Source: Hemiscyllium ocellatum
Taxonomy: Eukaryota
DNA length: 64,000 nt
Assembly (NCBI RefSeq): GCF_020745735.1
Contig: NC_083435.1
Coordinates: forward strand, 37,907,090-37,971,089
Reading direction: 5' to 3'
The notes below the pieces were generated by a model. The model ran no database searches, was not told where the DNA came from, and saw only the letters and a program-made list of their open reading frames with translations. Made by a program: the position numbers and the translations under genes. Shown here piece by piece: positions 12,513 to 22,658 of the stretch. Numbering within the stretch: position 1 is the stretch's first letter; every line of letters begins with the position of its first letter.

Positions 12513-14692
12513 AAAGTTTGTGTGAAGATTTGTAGCTCGGGTGCTCGTTGTTGTGGTTCTGTTCGCCGAGCTGGAAGTTTTTGTTGCAAACGGTTCGTCC
12601 CCAGGCTAGGGGACATCATCAGTGCTGCAGAGCCTCCTGTGAAGCGCTTCTTTGATGTTTCTTCCGGTATTTATAGTGGTTTGTTCTTGCCGCTTCCGGG
12701 TGTCAGTTTCAGCTGTCCTCTGTAGTGGTTTGTATATGGGGTCCAGGTCGATGTGTCTGTTGATGGAGTTTGTGGATGAATGCCATGCTTCTAGGAATTC
12801 CCTGGCTGTTCTCTGTCTAGCTTGCCCTATGATACTAGTGTTTTCCCAGTCGAATTCATGTTGCTTGTTGTCTGAGTGTGTGGCTACTAGGGATAGTTGG
12901 TCGTGTCGTTTTGTGGCTAGCTGATGTTCATGGATGCGGATTGTTAGCTGTCTTCCTGTTTGTCCTATATAGAGTTTTGTGCAGTCCTTGCATGGTATTT
13001 TGTAAACTACGTTAGTTTGGCTCATATTGGGTATAGGGTCCTTTGTTCTAGTAAGTTGTTGTCTGAGCGTGGCTGTTGGTTTGTGTGCCGTTATGAGTCC
13101 TAAGGGTCGCAGTAGTCTGGCTGTCAGTTCTGAGACGCTCCTGACATATGGTAGTGTGGCTAGTCCTTTTGGTTGTGGCATGTCCTCGTTCCGTGGTCTA
13201 TCTCTTAGGCATCTGGTGATGAAGTTGCACGGGTATCCGTTTTTGGCAAATAACTTGTATAGGTGTTCCTCTTCCTCTTTTCGCAGTTCTGGTGTACTGC
13301 AGTGTGTTGTGGCTCTTTTGAATAGTGTCCTGATGCAGCTTCGTTTGTGTGTGTTGGGGTGGTTACTTTCATAGTTTAGGACTTGGTCTGTGTGTGTTGG
13401 TTTCCTGTGTACCCTTGTGGTGAATTCTCCATTAGGTGTTCTCTCTACTAACACGTCTAGGAATGGGAGTTGGCTATCCTTTTCCTCTTCTCTCGTGAAT
13501 CGGATTCCTGTGAGTGTGGCGTTGATGATTCGGTGTGTTTTTTTCTATTTCTGTGTTTTTGATGATTACAAACGTGTCATCGACGTATCTGATCCAGAGT
13601 TTGGGTTGGATTTGTGGTATGGCTGTATGTTCTAACCTTTGCATAACTGCCTCTGCTATGAGTCCCGAGATTGGTGATCCCATGGGTGTTCCGTTGATTT
13701 GTTCGTATATCTGATTGTTGAATGTAAAGTGTGTAGTGAGGCACAGGTCCAGTAGTTTAAGTATACCGTCCTTGTTGATAGGTTCGGCCTCCTGTGTTCT
13801 GTTATGTATGTCCAGTAGGTTGGCTATTGTTTCTCTGGCTAGGGTTTTGTCAATCGAAGTGAACAGTGCCGTCACGTCGAATGATACCATGGTTTCTTCT
13901 TTGTCTATGTGTGTATTCTTGATGATGTCCAAGAATTCCTGTGTTGATTGTATGGAGTGTTTGGATCCGCTGACCAGGTGTTTCAGTTTTTGTTGTAGTT
14001 CTTTGGCCAGTTTGTATGCTGGTGTCCCTGGTAGTGATACTATGGGTCTGAGTGGGATGTCTGGTTTGTGTACTTTGGGTAGTCCATAGAATCTGGGGGT
14101 GTTGTTGCTTTCCGGTTTCATTCTTTGTAGGTCCGCTTTGGTTATCTGTCCGTTTTTTTGTAGATTCCTTAGTGTGTTATTTATTCTATTGGTGAGTTGT
14201 GGTGTGGGGTCGGAATCCTTCATTTGGTAGGTGTTGGTGTCTGCGAGTAGTTGTTGTGCTTTATTGATGTAGTCTGATTTATCTAGGATGACCGTCATTC
14301 TGCCTTTATCTGCCGGTAGTATGATTATGTTCTTGTCATTTTTCAGTGCTTTCAGTGCTTCCCTCTCCTTGGTGTTTGTCGTTTTCTTATCATCATGGGT
14401 ACGACCGTTTGTCTCACTGTTTGTTGTGTCTCTTCTGTCAGTCCATTGTTCCTGAGTGTGCTTTCTAGTGCTGCTAGGAAGTCTGCTGTGTTGGCATCCC
14501 TGTAGTTGTATTTGAGTCCCTTGGCCAGTATAGTTCTTTCCATGTCTGTGAGCTGTCTGTGGGGGAGGTTTTTAACCCAGGTGTGTGTTGTAGTGTCCTC
14601 CTTTTTGTGTGTTAGTTTGGCCATTTTTTCTTTTAGTGCCGTTTTTTTGCGGAGTGTTGTCCTGTTCTGTCCTATAGTGGCAGCCTGTTCAA
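12513..14692 (-). mobile_element. 5'-truncated Penelope-like retroelement (Poseidon-like): RT plus GIY-YIG endonuclease
   Basis: ORF 13474-14298: PRFYGLPKVHK, LRPIVS, GTPMGSPIS, RYVDD. ORF 12606-13454: CKDC..LYIGQTGR...HEH. Frameshift in an A-run at ~13538-13544. Flanked by an 11-bp direct repeat, aatagcatttt (12502-12512, 14693-14703). Confidence 0.93.
12586..12625 (-). ncRNA. Minimal hammerhead motif in the Poseidon-like 3' end, core mutated
   Basis: GCA-CTGATGA-T-GTCCCC(TAGCCT)GGGGAC-GAAC-CGTT-TGC; GAAA has become GAAC. Confidence 0.6.
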
Positions 14693-15299
14693 AATAGCAT
14701 TTTTTTAATCCTAATAATTTTATTGCAGTTTCCCTTTGCTAGTTTTATTTATTTTCCAACATAAATAAACCCATAAACATAAATAAAGCCTTTTGTGAAG
14801 ATTTAGTTTTACTCATATCCCTATGTTCTGCCACAGTGCCCATTACGGGCTAAAATAAATACAGAAAGTGCTGGAAAAACTCAGCCAGTCAGGCATCTGA
14901 GGAGAGAGAGAGAGGGAGACACAAAGGGAAAGTTTTTAATCCAATGACTTTTCTTTTGAACGCCCATACAGACCTGCTAGGGGACTCGAACTGCTAAATC
15001 TGCGTTTCTGTCTCCACAGATCTTGCCCAGTTTCCCCAGCACCCTCTGTTTCTATTTAAAGTGTCCAGCATCCACAGTATTTTGCTTCCGTCACTGGCTC
15101 ATTTGTTTTGCTTTCTGGTGAACATTATTTCCCCTTTAAAAATCACAATTTTTGACGAATTTTCCACCGCTGTGCTATATCTTTGGTGGTCTGCAGCTTA
15201 TTCACCTGCATCAAGCTTTTTTCTAAAAAAACATCTATGTCTTCCCAATCACTGTTCACATTTCCTTAGTCAATGTTGACAGTATCCATGTTTGTTTTG

Positions 15300-15900
15300 T
15301 ACGTGTTTCCTCCCCTATTTCTAGGGGCATGATGCCTGTATTTAGGGTACAACGGCACAATTTGAAAGAAGGGTGGTGGTGAACTTGCCGACTGGTGGAA
15401 TGGACAGAAATATGGCAGTTAAAGTTCAATGCCGAAAAGTGAAAAGTTGTACAGTTTGGGAGGAAGAATGAGGTCAGACCTTAGAAAAAGGAAACAAATC
15501 TAAAGGAGGTATAGAAGCAGAAGAAAAATCCTGGAGATTTCTGTGCATCGCTCATTCAGAGTGACAGCTTAGGTAGAGAAACTGCCAAATAAAGCATAGG
15601 GGATTTTTTTTTACATAGAGGTCTAAAGTACAAAAATAGCAGGAAGTTATGATAAATCTGTAAAAGAGTTGTTCCGGCCTCATTGTGTTAAGCCGGCATA
15701 TCATACTTTAGCAAGGTTATGAAGGCATTTGGAGGAGTGAAAATATTTATTAGATGAATTCTGGGGATGAGTAATTTCAATTACAAGGTTAGATCGGCAA
15801 AGTGGGATCATCATCTCCAAAAGGTTAAGAGGAAGTTCAGTTGAGATTTTCAATAACGTGAGAGGCCTGGGGAAGAGTAAATACAGCGAAGCTGTTCCCT
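15300..15900 (+). mobile_element. Highly decayed CR1-type LINE fragment
   Basis: Residual similarity to CR1 ORF2 C-terminal sequence (e.g. gttcaatgccgaaaagtgaaaagttgtacagtttgggagg). Confidence 0.5.
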
Positions 15901-16328
15901 TTGATCGAAAACCAGAGGGCGTTGACTGGCAGAAGAAGTAATTACCAGGCGAAGAAAATAAAACTTATATTTTATTCCCTCGCAGCCAATAGTTTGGATC
16001 AGGAATGGGCTGACTGGGGATGGGGGGGCCGGATTGAACCGTGTCTTTCAAAGGGAAAACAGCTAACTTTCTGGGGACGCAGAAAATTGCGGGGCAAAGA
16101 GTAAACGGGTGGGGGGCCAGACTGATCTGTTTCTGCAGACAGCCAGCCCTGAGACAATGGGCCGAGCGGCCTGTTTCTGTGCACTCGTTTATTAGGTGGC
16201 TGTATGGTTCTATCTGTGTGTCTCTGTGTTTCTTTTTTTAATGACCTGCTTCCCAGATTGCTGAACGCAATTCCCCTAAATCTGATGATGAGGTACATGG
16301 GAGCCAGCCATTTGCAGGGTGGATATGG

Positions 16329-16340
16329 AGTTTCACTTTC
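16329..16340 (+). promoter_or_regulatory. ISRE (IRF site) of the B2M promoter
   Basis: AGTTTCACTTTC matches the ISRE consensus; ~290 bp upstream of the B2M ATG. Confidence 0.8.
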
Positions 16341-16379
16341 GCCCGTGTTGTCTCCCCGCCCGGCACATTGCCCGTTTCA

Positions 16380-16447
16380 CAAACTGTACAGACATCCTCT
16401 ACCCGGAGACCGATGACGCACAAAGGGGGGAATATTGCGACTGGCTG
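16380..16447 (+). promoter_or_regulatory. S-X1-X2-Y module (MHC enhanceosome) of the B2M promoter
   Basis: CAAACTG (S) -15 nt- CCCGGAGACCGA (X1) TGACG (X2, 16414-16418) -19 nt- CGACTGGCTG (Y-like). Motif order and spacings match the human B2M promoter as I recall it. Confidence 0.72.
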
Positions 16448-16460
16448 TCCCGGGCTGTGT

Positions 16461-16544
16461 GGGCGGGGTCAGAGGGGCCGGGCCTTTTTCCTATTGGTGC
16501 AGGGCGGCGGGTCTGCTGCAGATTAACCGGGAGCCCAGGAAGTG
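16461..16544 (+). promoter_or_regulatory. Proximal promoter: GC box, second ATTGG, ETS site
   Basis: GGGCGGGG 16461-16468; ATTGG 16493-16497; CAGGAAGTG 16536-16544; CpG-rich; no canonical TATA box. Confidence 0.55.
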
Positions 16545-16625
16545 AAGGGCATACAGTGGGAGAGGAGGTTTCTGAGCGGACGGTGAACAGGAGAGACCCT
16601 AGAGTTGGACATTGACTTAGCCTCA

Positions 16626-16677
16626 ATGATGCTGAAGCTGACCATTCTGGCCGTGATGGTGGCCCTGTGCTACGGCG
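16626..16677 (+). CDS. B2M: Beta-2-microglobulin exon 1 (signal peptide)
   Basis: MMLKLTILAVMVALCYG+G followed by donor GTGAGT (phase 1). The second ATG (16629) has A at -3 and is the likelier start. Confidence 0.93.
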
Positions 16678-17020
16678 GTGAGTAGTGGGCTTACTGTTTG
16701 GGTAGATCCTGAGGTCCCCCTTAAAGCTGCCAAAATCATTTCAACTTCAGAGGTGGCTATTCGGCCCCTCTGACCTGAACTGTCTCCCTCCTCTCAGCCC
16801 GCCCCGTCCCAGTTCTTTAATTATACCTCGGGGGGACTGACCCTTGTCCAGGAGCTGTAAGTGAAAAGGCTTCCAGTTCACAAACATGACTCGGAAGCCC
16901 ATTAATTTCAGAAGGGGCAGACCTCAGGAGGTAAGAGTCTTGAACTCTGTTTCAGGGTCTTCTGTTGTCTTACCCCTCGATAATGTAGGCAGCTGACGTC
17001 CTCATGAGACTTTTCCTCTG

Positions 17021-17385
17021 GGTGGCTCAGTGATTAGCACTGCCCTGCCTCACAGCACCAGGGAGTCGAGCCTCGGGTGACTGTCTGCGTAGAGCTTGCA
17101 CATTCCCCCCCGTGTCTGCGTGGGTTTCCCCCGGGTGATCCACAGTCCAAAGATGTGCAGGTTAGTTGAATTGGCCATGCTAAATTGCCCATAGTATTTA
17201 CCCCCTGACTAATGCACCTAATCCACACATCCCTGAACACTATGGGATATGTAGGTTATGTGCATTAGTCAGGGATAAATGTAGGATAGAAGGGGAATGG
17301 GTCTGGCTGGGCTACACTTTGGAGGGTCGGTGTGGACTTGTTGAGCCAAAGGGCCTGTCTCCACACTGTAGGGAGTCTGTGATCC
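17021..17385 (+). mobile_element. tRNA-derived SINE (HE1/V-SINE-like) in B2M intron 1
   Basis: gggtggctcagtgattagcactg start, V-domain, gggcctgtctccacactg tail. Confidence 0.85.
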
Positions 17386-18288
17386 GATCAGGATGTCAGT
17401 GGGTTTGTGAAATTAAGTGAGTTTGACTAGGAAAGTCATGGCTGAGGGATTGGGTTTCTAACTCTATGACTGAGAGTGATCAGAAGTACCAAAACATTGT
17501 GCACTTGGTTTATCAGAACTCAACTTCTACAAACCTACAGATTTTCCCCATGAAATACCAGAAATACTCAACAGCCTGACCATATCTGTGAAGAGAGAGG
17601 CACAGTTACTATTTCAGATCAATGACCATTTGTCAAAAACAAAGAAATACTAACTTTCTTGGATCATCTCTATCATTTTCTCTTGCTATTCTAAATGTGT
17701 AGCAACTGCGACATTTTTATCTTCCCCAGATACTAGGTTAAACCTTTACTTTCATTTTCCATTCCCCCCCCCCTGCTGTTTATTCTGTTTTCAGTATCTT
17801 GTATTTCTTGTCATTCTTCTCTGACTTTTCAACAATCCCTCTCCTGCTTCAGTTTCATTTTAATGTTTTTTGTTTGTTTAAATATCTGTTGTGTTCATTC
17901 CTGGCATTCAGAATTCCCAGTTAGCGGACAGAAATCTCCTGGAGACTGTGACCTGGAGATCTCCATCCAATCTCTCAAAGTGAGGCCAAAAGTTCAGTCT
18001 TTTACATAAATGTTTCACAGAGGCTGAGATTGGGCAATTTCCGTTAGTGTATGGATATATCCCAAAGTCTGAAGATGAGAGATCTCAGTCAGTGCTTGGA
18101 TATCTCCCAGAGCTTGAGATTGAGTGATCTTGTTTGTTCCAGAAGCTGGGACCAAGCAATTACAATCATTATGTCGCAATCTCCCAGCTTCTGGTACATC
18201 GAAGTGACCCCACTCCGTGTTGGCGATGGGTTTGAATACAAGTGCTCTTGACTTGTATTGACTCTGAACTTTTTTGCTCTGTCCCTAG

Positions 18289-18564
18289 GTTCTTCTCCGA
18301 ATGTACAGGTGTATACCTACAAACTGATAAAGGAGGGCGAACCCAACGTGCTGCTCTGTCATGCCAAAGATTTCAGCCCCCCCAACATCAAGATGGAGCT
18401 GCTGGAAAATGGAGTAGTCATTCCCAATGCCAATCAGTCTGACCTGTCCTTTGAGTCAGATTGGAGTTTCAAGCTCACTCTTCATGCGGCCTTCACCCCC
18501 AAGAGTGGAAACAAGTACTCCTGTAGGGTGAACCACAATGACCAGCCAAAAGTGATTCAGCTTG
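18289..18564 (+). CDS. B2M: Beta-2-microglobulin exon 2 (IgC1 domain)
   Basis: SSPNVQVYTYKLIKEGEPNVLLCHAKDFSPPNIKMELLENG...QSDLSFESDWSFKLT...FTP...YSCRVNH: B2M signatures SDLSF, DWSF and two Cys. Pyrimidine tract plus AG acceptor, GTAAGT donor, phase 1 at both ends. Confidence 0.98.
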
Positions 18565-19469
18565 GTAAGTAATCTGTGTACTCGCATGTCTAATGCACAT
18601 TCTCCCATAATTGTTATCTCCTTTATTTGGTACCTGTTCATCAATGGCAAATGATGACACACAGAATTTCTCATTCACTGATAAATTGACATCAATACTT
18701 GATTAGATTCCATACTGTCATTCACTCCTTAATCTGGGCATAATCCATCTGATCCCCCTTGTAAAATTATGTGTACTTATACTCCGGTGTGAAGAATGCG
18801 CACCTTTTTTTGGCTATTGCAATCAGCAGTTCAAATCAAGACGTTTTAACCAACCGGTTATGACTAAGCTCACCAGATGCAGTATTCATGCCTGGGGAGC
18901 TGGGTGTGGGATTGGGTTAAACCTGCCATCTCAGGAAACCGATTGGAGGCAGTCATGAAAATGGTCGAGTGCTGAAGTGACCTCTCTAAAGGGCCTCTCT
19001 ATTCCACAGAACGTTGTACTAGGTGCCTGTCACAATTTCACCCACTCACTTCCCATGGCCCTTTAACTCAGTGTGCACTGAGCCAGTAAGCTGTATAACA
19101 GCAGCAAACGTTGAAATGCTGATGGGAAAGAAGATGAGCTTTCACAATCCTAAAGAAGTGTTAGCCACATGATATTAATAAGAGAAACTTCTCTTGATAT
19201 TTTGTAGTCTTGTCTGAATAAATTCAGACATTGACAAATGATATTAAAGAAGGAATAATTTATTTAAAGTCCTCAAACAAACAACAGAACTACTGCAGTT
19301 CCATCTGATAATGCAGACTGTTGCTGAAGTAATCAAATTGTGAGCCTTGGAACTCAGCCAAGCATTCCTATAAGGCCACAAGGGAACTGTATCAGCAGAA
19401 ACAGGTGATCTTACGATGGTTCCTTGGGCCTATGGTTCTCAAAATTCTCCAAACCTGGCAGTTACCACC

Positions 19470-19494
19470 TGTGTGTGTGTGTGTGTGTGTGTGT
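19470..19494 (+). repeat. (TG)n microsatellite in B2M intron 2
   Basis: About 12 perfect TG units. Confidence 0.95.
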
Positions 19495-19539
19495 TGTTTT
19501 AGATATTGATTAGTTAACAATTCCTCTTTTATATTCATT

Positions 19540-19730
19540 TATGGGATGTGGGTGGTGCTGGCTAGTTATTGTCCATCCCCCAATTTACCAGAGGGCAGCT
19601 ACAAGACAACCACATTGGTTCTGGAGTCACTTATAAACCAGACCAAGTCAGGAAGACAGGTTTCCTTCCCTGACGGACATTAATGAACCAGATTGCATTT
19701 TTATAACAATTGACAATAATTGTCTTAACA
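19540..19730 (-). mobile_element. Second SINE-like family fragment in B2M intron 2
   Basis: Reverse complement resembles the repeats at 11120-11315 and 11740-11975. Confidence 0.55.
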
Positions 19731-19983
19731 TCAGCTTGATTCAAATTTTTCATGGAGAGATTCAAACCATTAGCCAGGGTTTCTGGATCACATGTTACCA
19801 TCACACCAACACCTCCCTATCGGTTTATCAGACTGTCATGATAGGGGAGAGCAGAGTAAACGGAATTCTGGGAATTCAAACCAGTTATTCCATTTTCCTA
19901 CGTGTGTATTTAAGCCTGGGTGACAGCTGGGCAGCTGGAAGTTTTGGTTACAGACTAATGTTTTTCTCTGTTTTCACCCACAG

Positions 19984-19994
19984 ATACCTACTAG
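19984..19994 (+). CDS. B2M: Beta-2-microglobulin exon 3 coding part (D-T-Y-stop); full exon 19984-20009
   Basis: ttttctctgttttcacccacag acceptor; G+AT ACC TAC TAG completes ...IQLDTY*; donor GTAAGC at 20010. Total CDS 339 nt (112 aa). Confidence 0.88.
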
Positions 19995-20108
19995 CTTGTC
20001 ACCACAGAGGTAAGCAGTGACGCAGATGAACAGCCAAGTTAACAGAGGAGACATTTTCCAGCACAGAATGCAAATCGACATACTGTGTTTTTCTTCTTTT
20101 TTTTTCAG

Positions 20109-21075
20109 TCACTGAACAATATGGTGAGACTACTCAAGGAATCCACCAGTTCTGAGGGATGATATTGATTTCTTTCAAACGATCTTCAAGTGTAAAATCA
20201 CTGATTTTAATAAGTCATCTTAAACTAATTTACGTGATGGGGAGTATGTTTGCTTTTGGCTCTGCAATTTTTGTAATTTTGCACCTTTTGATATTTTGTG
20301 TATTTCTGAGATGGTTTTAACTTTTACCTGTACTTGCTAATGAATTTATGTAGTTTTGACTTGGTTGTTCCAAAATAGCTGTTCCAACAATGTCAGATAT
20401 ACTGAAAAATGAAAAAAAAATGATGAATGAAAGAAAAGGGCCAGTTCAAATCTAATCTGCACAATTAGATGGTGTAGAGACCTCAATAGCTGAGCAGGAG
20501 GCTAGGCAAAGCCAGGGCTATTCAAGCTCAACCACTTGAAGAATTGACAGTTATTTAGTTGAGATTTGGAACTTCAGCTACCTTGTACTAAAGAGCAGAC
20601 ACACACCTTATGCCCAACTCTGTTAACTGTGTATCCCAAATAACAAAACACACAGCAAATTCTCGTCCTCAACCCTGAGTCCATGTGGAACGCCACAAGT
20701 CAGAACTCAACCTCTTTCCCAACTTGCTTTCCATTCCATCTTCCTGATTTATCCTGGAAAATCTTGCAATTGGTGAAGTTATCTTGACCTCGAGATGTTG
20801 GAATATCACAATTTTAACATTTGGACTCAGCGTAATACAGAGATTAGCGCCGCCACATAGATTCATTTTTGTAGAGGGCCTCTTCTGCAAGCCATATATT
20901 TCAACATGTTAGTAAGAATTTTTGCAAGTGGGAGTTTTGGGATTTGAAGTAGATAGTGCTGTTAAGGATAATGACATTCAATATAACTTTAATTTCATGT
21001 GATACATGCACTGTCTTTTACTATTCTGTAAATGCTTATTGGTGTGAATAAAATTTCCCTCCTTAACTCTTTGTT
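20109..21075 (+). other. B2M: B2M exon 4 (non-coding 3' UTR) with poly(A) signal
   Basis: Strong T-tract plus CAG acceptor ending at 20108 (99-nt intron); AATAAA at 21047-21052 with U/GU-rich sequence downstream. The 3' end is approximate. Confidence 0.7.
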
Positions 21076-21239
21076 GCCTCAATTATAAAGCCTATTCAAT
21101 CCTGGAAACAAAACACTGACCCATTTACTCTCACATTATTTGCCATATACTTGCATATCCAATTCAAGGTAATAGATTAGGAAGAGCTGGGTGATGATTC
21201 ATTGTGTCTTCATTCAGTAAGTGTTTGTATCTCTCTCTG

Positions 21240-21535
21240 TAATTAGCACTGCTGCCTCATAGCGCCAGGGGCTTGGCATCAATTCCAGTCTCGGGTGACT
21301 GTGGAATTTGCACATTCTCCCAATGTCTGCGTGGCTTTCCTCCTCCTGTCTAAAGATGGGTAGGAAAGGGTGGATTGGCCATGCTAAACTGTCCACCGTG
21401 TTCAGGGATGTGTAGGTTGGGTGCATTAGTCAGGTTTTAAATGGAGGGGAATGGGTCTGGTTGGGTTACTCTTGGGAGGGTTGGTGTGGACTTGTTGGGC
21501 CAAAAGGCTTGTTTCCACACTGTCGGGCTTCAATG
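21240..21535 (+). mobile_element. tRNA-derived SINE (HE1/V-SINE-like)
   Basis: tagcactgctgcctcatagcgcc..., V-domain and tail. Confidence 0.82.
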
Positions 21536-22299
21536 AAACTTAGTAGGCAATACTCAAACCCAGTTATTTCCTGTTGTTTTATTCTGACCATTGATAGGGA
21601 GAAGAGATATTACCAGTAAAGGGTGGGGCAAGACAGCTATCCATCTTGAGACGTTTTCAATACGGAGCCGAGCTGCTCCAAGCTGTATGATTAATACCTG
21701 AATAACAGCTTATTGGCAAGAATAGTCCCTCAGGCCTGACAGACAGCATCACAACAACAGTATCGGTTGCCTATAAAACACCCTAAGCAATTCACAAACG
21801 TATTGAACAAATGTAATCGTCCAAGCCTCGGGAGGAGAGATGAGAGTGCTTGTTCAAATGCTGGGACCAAATAGAATGGTCGACAGGGAATCAAGAGAGG
21901 ACTGGGAGCAAATTCCGTACCTTAGAGCCTTGGAAGTTGAAGGCATCTCTCCTAATGATATGCTGCTTAAATTGGAAATGTGTAGAATATCATGGTTTGG
22001 AAAATATAGATATTTCTAAAGTTATAAGGCACAAAAAGTTTATACATGACAGAACAGACTAAGTCCAGAGGCCTCAGCCTCCGAGTGAAGGAACAACCCC
22101 TGAGAACTGAGATGAGGAATTTCTTCAACCAGGGACTGGTTAAACGACAGAACTCATTGCCACAGATGGCTGGAGAGGCCAAGTCATTGAGAACATTTTT
22201 ATAGATACACAGATTATTGATTGGAAAGGGGATCATAGGTTGCAGCAGAAGGCAGGAGTCAGGGGTTGAGAAACAAATCATCCAGGAGGATTTCAGCTT

Positions 22300-22658
22300 T
22301 AGGGAGAGGCAGAACAGGCTGGGGATGTTTTCCCCAGAGCACAGAGGCTGAGGGGTGACCTTACAGAGGTTTATAAAATCATCAGAGGCATGGATAGGGC
22401 AAATAGACAAGGTCTTTTTCATGGAGTGGGGGAGTCCAGAACTAGAGAGCATAGGTTCAGGATGAGGGGCAAAAGATATTCAGGGGACATAAGGGACAAC
22501 GTATTCACGCAGAGGGTGGTGCATGTATGGAATGAGCTGCCACAGGAAGTGGTGGAGACTGGTACAATGACAGCATTTAAAAGACATTTGGATATGGGCC
22601 AAGTGTGAGCAAGTGGGACTAGATTAGGATGGGGCATCTGGTCAGCATGCTGTACATC
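22300..22658 (+). mobile_element. CR1-type LINE 3' fragment abutting the satellite
   Basis: ORF 22390-22608 (VFTQRVVHVWNELPQEVVE...FKRHLD); the tail gctgtacatc runs directly into the first repeat unit. Confidence 0.85.

Noticed and set aside
18258-18288. N-terminal extension MTLNFFALSL of the ORF-track protein
   Set aside because: This is the intron 1 polypyrimidine tract; the true N-terminus comes from exon 1.
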